NCBI GenBank assembly: GCA_012862495.1
Contig: BLSG01000344.1
Span: 2,632-38,683 of the forward strand
DNA: 36,052 bases
Source: Thraustochytrium aureum
Lineage: Eukaryota
Reading direction: 5' to 3'
A program made the translations under genes and the position numbers. Within the stretch, counting starts at the first letter, position 1, and every line of letters starts with the position of its first letter. Positions 33,259-36,052 of the stretch are shown piece after piece. Under the pieces are notes generated by a model. It ran no database searches. It was not told the origin of the DNA and was given only the letters and a program-made list of their open reading frames with translations.

Positions 33259-34847
33259 ATGACCAAGTGGGCCCTGCTCGCCATCGCGGCGCTTGCCGCA
33301 GCCGCCAACGCACAGCCAACGGAGAGCTGGCACAAGGCGCTCGAGCTCGGCCAGGAGGGCCTCGCCAAGCTCTTCCCCGAGGGCAAGCTACCCGTGCAGA
33401 TCGCCGGCGAAGCGTTCACCGAAGAAAACCTCAAGCTCTGGTTTGAACTCAAAGCCCCCACGGGGCAGACGGAAAATAGCCTGAGCAATGTCGATGCTCC
33501 CGTGCCAGTCATGCCAAAAGTAGGAGGCGCAGCCGTTCCGATCCTGAAGCTTATGTGCAAGCTTGGATGCTCCAAGTTCGTCGAGCTCCTCGGCAACCAA
33601 GACACCTACGACAAGCGCACCCTTCAAGCAGCTGTCATTCCTGACGAGGCCAAAAGCTGGGACAGCATCTCCGAGGTCAAAGGGAGTCGCCAACTCTCCG
33701 GGAACCACTGGAGTTGGGAGAATGTCTTTGGCACGACCCTCGTTGACATTTGGTTTCGTTGGGAGTTTTACTACGGCGGCAGGTACGCCAATCGCGGGGC
33801 CTACCTGACGAGCGTGATGCCTGTCGTGTCGGTCGAAAACGGGGCCCTTCAGGCGTGCGAGTTTGCAACGAAGGCGCTCAATCATCGAAACGTGGGCACC
33901 GACACTGCACCAATTGCCGCCGTGGACATCGAGATTACTCTCTATTGCAGCGGCACCCACACCATCATGGCAACCTTCAGAGGCGATGGCGAAGCATACG
34001 CTTGGAATAATCAGGGCGGATACCTCGGCAAGGACGGCTCGATCGATCCGTCCCCGAGAAAGGTCCCTACCACGGCACCTACCACGGCACCTACAAGTGC
34101 TCCTGCACTGACCTCGGGCTGCTTTGACGGCGCATCCACGGTCACGCTTGGGGGCGGGTCGGGGCGCGCCATGGCTGACCTCCGCCTTGGCGATGTCGTT
34201 GAGACGGCACCCGGCCNNNNNNNNNNNNNNNNNNNNNNNNNNNNNNNNNNNNNNNNNNNNNNNNNNNNNNNNNNNNNNNNNNNNNNNNNNNNNNNNNNNN
34301 NNNNNNNNNNNNNNNNNNNNNNNNNNNNNNNNNTGGGCTTGCCCGGGGCAACGCCAACCACCTCGCCACGTTTCAGAGGATTCGAGCAGGGCAGCACGTC
34401 GTGACTTTGACCGGTGACCACCAAATCTACGTGGCCACCGGGAACCAGACGCTGGCGCTCAAGCGTGCCGACCAGGTGCGCCAGGGCGACGTCGTGCTGA
34501 CCGAGTCGTCCGGTTTCGCGAGCGTCGAGCGCAACGACGTCGTGGACTCTGCCGGACTCTACACGCCGTACACGCAGAGCCTCAAGCTCATGGTCGGCGG
34601 ACTCCAGACGTCGTGCCTGATCGACCACCCGTGGCTGGCCTCAGGGCTTGTGCTTTCGCTCTGGGCCTTTGCGAGCGCTTGTCTCAGTATGCTGCTCGCA
34701 CTTCTCGGTCCGGCAGCGTACGGGGCTGTGGTCGACATCGTCTGCTTTGCCGTCGTCGAGCCGTGCTACTGGTTCCCTAGCGGCGCCATCTTTGCGCTGG
34801 CTGGCGTGGCCCTGATGGCGGCCCGGCACCGCCACCAAGTAAAGTAA
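33259..34847 (+). CDS. Secreted Hedgehog-type Hint (Hog) autoprocessing protein with an uncharacterised N-terminal domain
   Basis: Signal peptide MTKWALLAIAALAAAANA, PTTAPTTAPTSAP linker, G|CF (Cys codon at 34120), MADLRLGDVV, LTLTGDHQIYV (TxxH), ADQVRQGD, GLYTPYT...LMVGGLQTSC, and a hydrophobic C-terminal tail. The two halves flank the N-gap at 34217-34333. Confidence 0.88.
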
Positions 34848-35655
34848 ATCACCACCTTCGCGCGCCGCTTGCCATTTCTTCTCGTGTGAAAGCGTTGCCG
34901 TCTGGGCCAAGTTTTGGCCGGTACCAACAAGGCCGCTTGCTGAACCTGGTGGACAACGCCTTCGAGCCTTCGAGGGTCGGCACGTAACTTCAGTTGCCCC
35001 CCCCAAAAGCGCTACCTCGAGCGCGCCGTACGACGGAGTTTGCCTGGCGAAGCTTGCGAACTCCGTCCACCGGAGGCCTGGATCAACAAGGGGCGCGTTT
35101 GCTCATGATGGAATCCATCTGGTTACACTGCTCCTGAGTAGAGAGTACTCAATCCGCTACGAAAGGGGACGGAAGGCGCGCCCTCAAAAAGTTGAACTGC
35201 CGAACCTTAGGCAGCTCCAACCGGGGCTTCTCGCTGCGCATCTCTGTCTGCACGCTGGGAAGGACTCAGAGTAGCCCCATGGGGGCTGGAAGCCACAGGC
35301 AAATCAAAATACTCTTGATCAACAAAGATTTGATGGAACCTGCACATGACGGATCGTCCTTCGCCCACCTCCAACACCGCCGCTTGGCAAGGCGAGCCAG
35401 AAATGGCCAAGAGCCGCTCGCCATGGATGATCTCCACACACTCGCTTGGACGGTCAAAGGACTCGGTTTGGTGGAGTACGGAGGTGTCAGCACCATTTCT
35501 GTACGGAGGCACACTGCGGCCGTCCCTTGCCCGCGAACAGCAGACATGAAACGCGGACGCATCACAACCAAACGAGCAACGTAGGCGATACCGCAGAGGG
35601 CCTGCAAGCGCTAAAGCACGACGGTTGGCCAACAAACCTGATGATGGGGCTCAAA

Positions 35656-36052
35656 ATGCGTGCCTCTTTGGTGCTGATGGGGCTCGCTCTCCTGGCGAGA
35701 GTCACGCTCGCGACGCCAGCGGGCCAACAGTGCATGTGCGGCTACGTTGGGGAGTCGTGCAACGACACTGGGTTTGTCGACGGCTTTGGCAACACCAGGC
35801 GGGTGCGTGTGAACGAGTTTCCTGGCATCGCTTGCCCCGAGATCAGGTCCTTTGGTTGCTTTGTGAGCGACGGAAAGGCCGTCTGCGCGTGCTCCTGGGG
35901 CTGGACAGGGGAGCAGTGCGACGAGCCCATGCAAGCAAAGCTCAGCGTTCTGATCGTGGCCGGACTGGCGATGCCCACCTTGGGCGTTCTCATTGCCGCT
36001 TTCTTCATGCGGAAACATGTCAAAAGTGGAGGTTGGAGAAAGGACGTTGACG
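35656..36052 (+). CDS. Signal peptide + EGF-like + transmembrane protein, 3'-partial (absent from the ORF track)
   Basis: Manual translation: MRASLVLMGLALLARVTLA-TPAGQQCMCGYVGESC...CPEIRSFGCFVSDGKAVCACSWGWTGEQCDEP-MQAKLSVLIVAGLAMPTLGVLIAAFFMRK..., open to the window end. CxCxxGWxGxxC is the EGF signature. There is an alternative in-frame ATG at 35641. Confidence 0.8.
   Translation, partial: MRASLVLMGLALLARVTLATPAGQQCMCGYVGESCNDTGFVDGFGNTRRVRVNEFPGIACPEIRSFGCFVSDGKAVCACSWGWTGEQCDEPMQAKLSVLIVAGLAMPTLGVLIAAFFMRKHVKSGGWRKDVD

Noticed and set aside
34120..34616. Hint domain as a protein-splicing intein
   Set aside because: No C-terminal His-Asn followed by Cys/Ser/Thr and no endonuclease domain. 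The GLYTP...SC ending is Hedgehog-type.
35192..35635. Overlapping 110-140 aa ORFs on both strands
   Set aside because: No motifs or clear codon bias; consistent with chance ORFs in GC-rich intergenic DNA.

Overview
GC-rich, intron-poor eukaryotic scaffold, probably from a protist (stramenopile-like, which is an inference). It has 8 N-gaps and single-base homopolymer indels that look like sequencing errors. In order it holds: a partial hypothetical gene, an intact hAT-family transposase with a pentamer-repeat array in front of it, an EGF-like/7TM membrane protein, a CHASE-domain hybrid histidine kinase with two receivers, a large LRR protein with WW-like inserts, a membrane-anchored alpha/beta hydrolase, a full ABCB (P-glycoprotein-like) transporter with one intron, an acyltransferase-3 protein, DIM1 rRNA dimethylase with three apparent frameshifts, the DUR3 urea transporter, a relic-rich intergenic region, a secreted Hedgehog-type Hint (autoprocessing) protein, and the start of a second EGF-like membrane protein. 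The best candidate for an undescribed system is the Hint protein at 33259-34847: signal peptide, an uncharacterised beta-rich domain, a Pro/Thr linker, a G|CF Hint domain and a hydrophobic tail. It looks like a self-releasing and possibly lipid-conjugated secreted effector. All family calls come from motif recognition by eye; no database searches were run.
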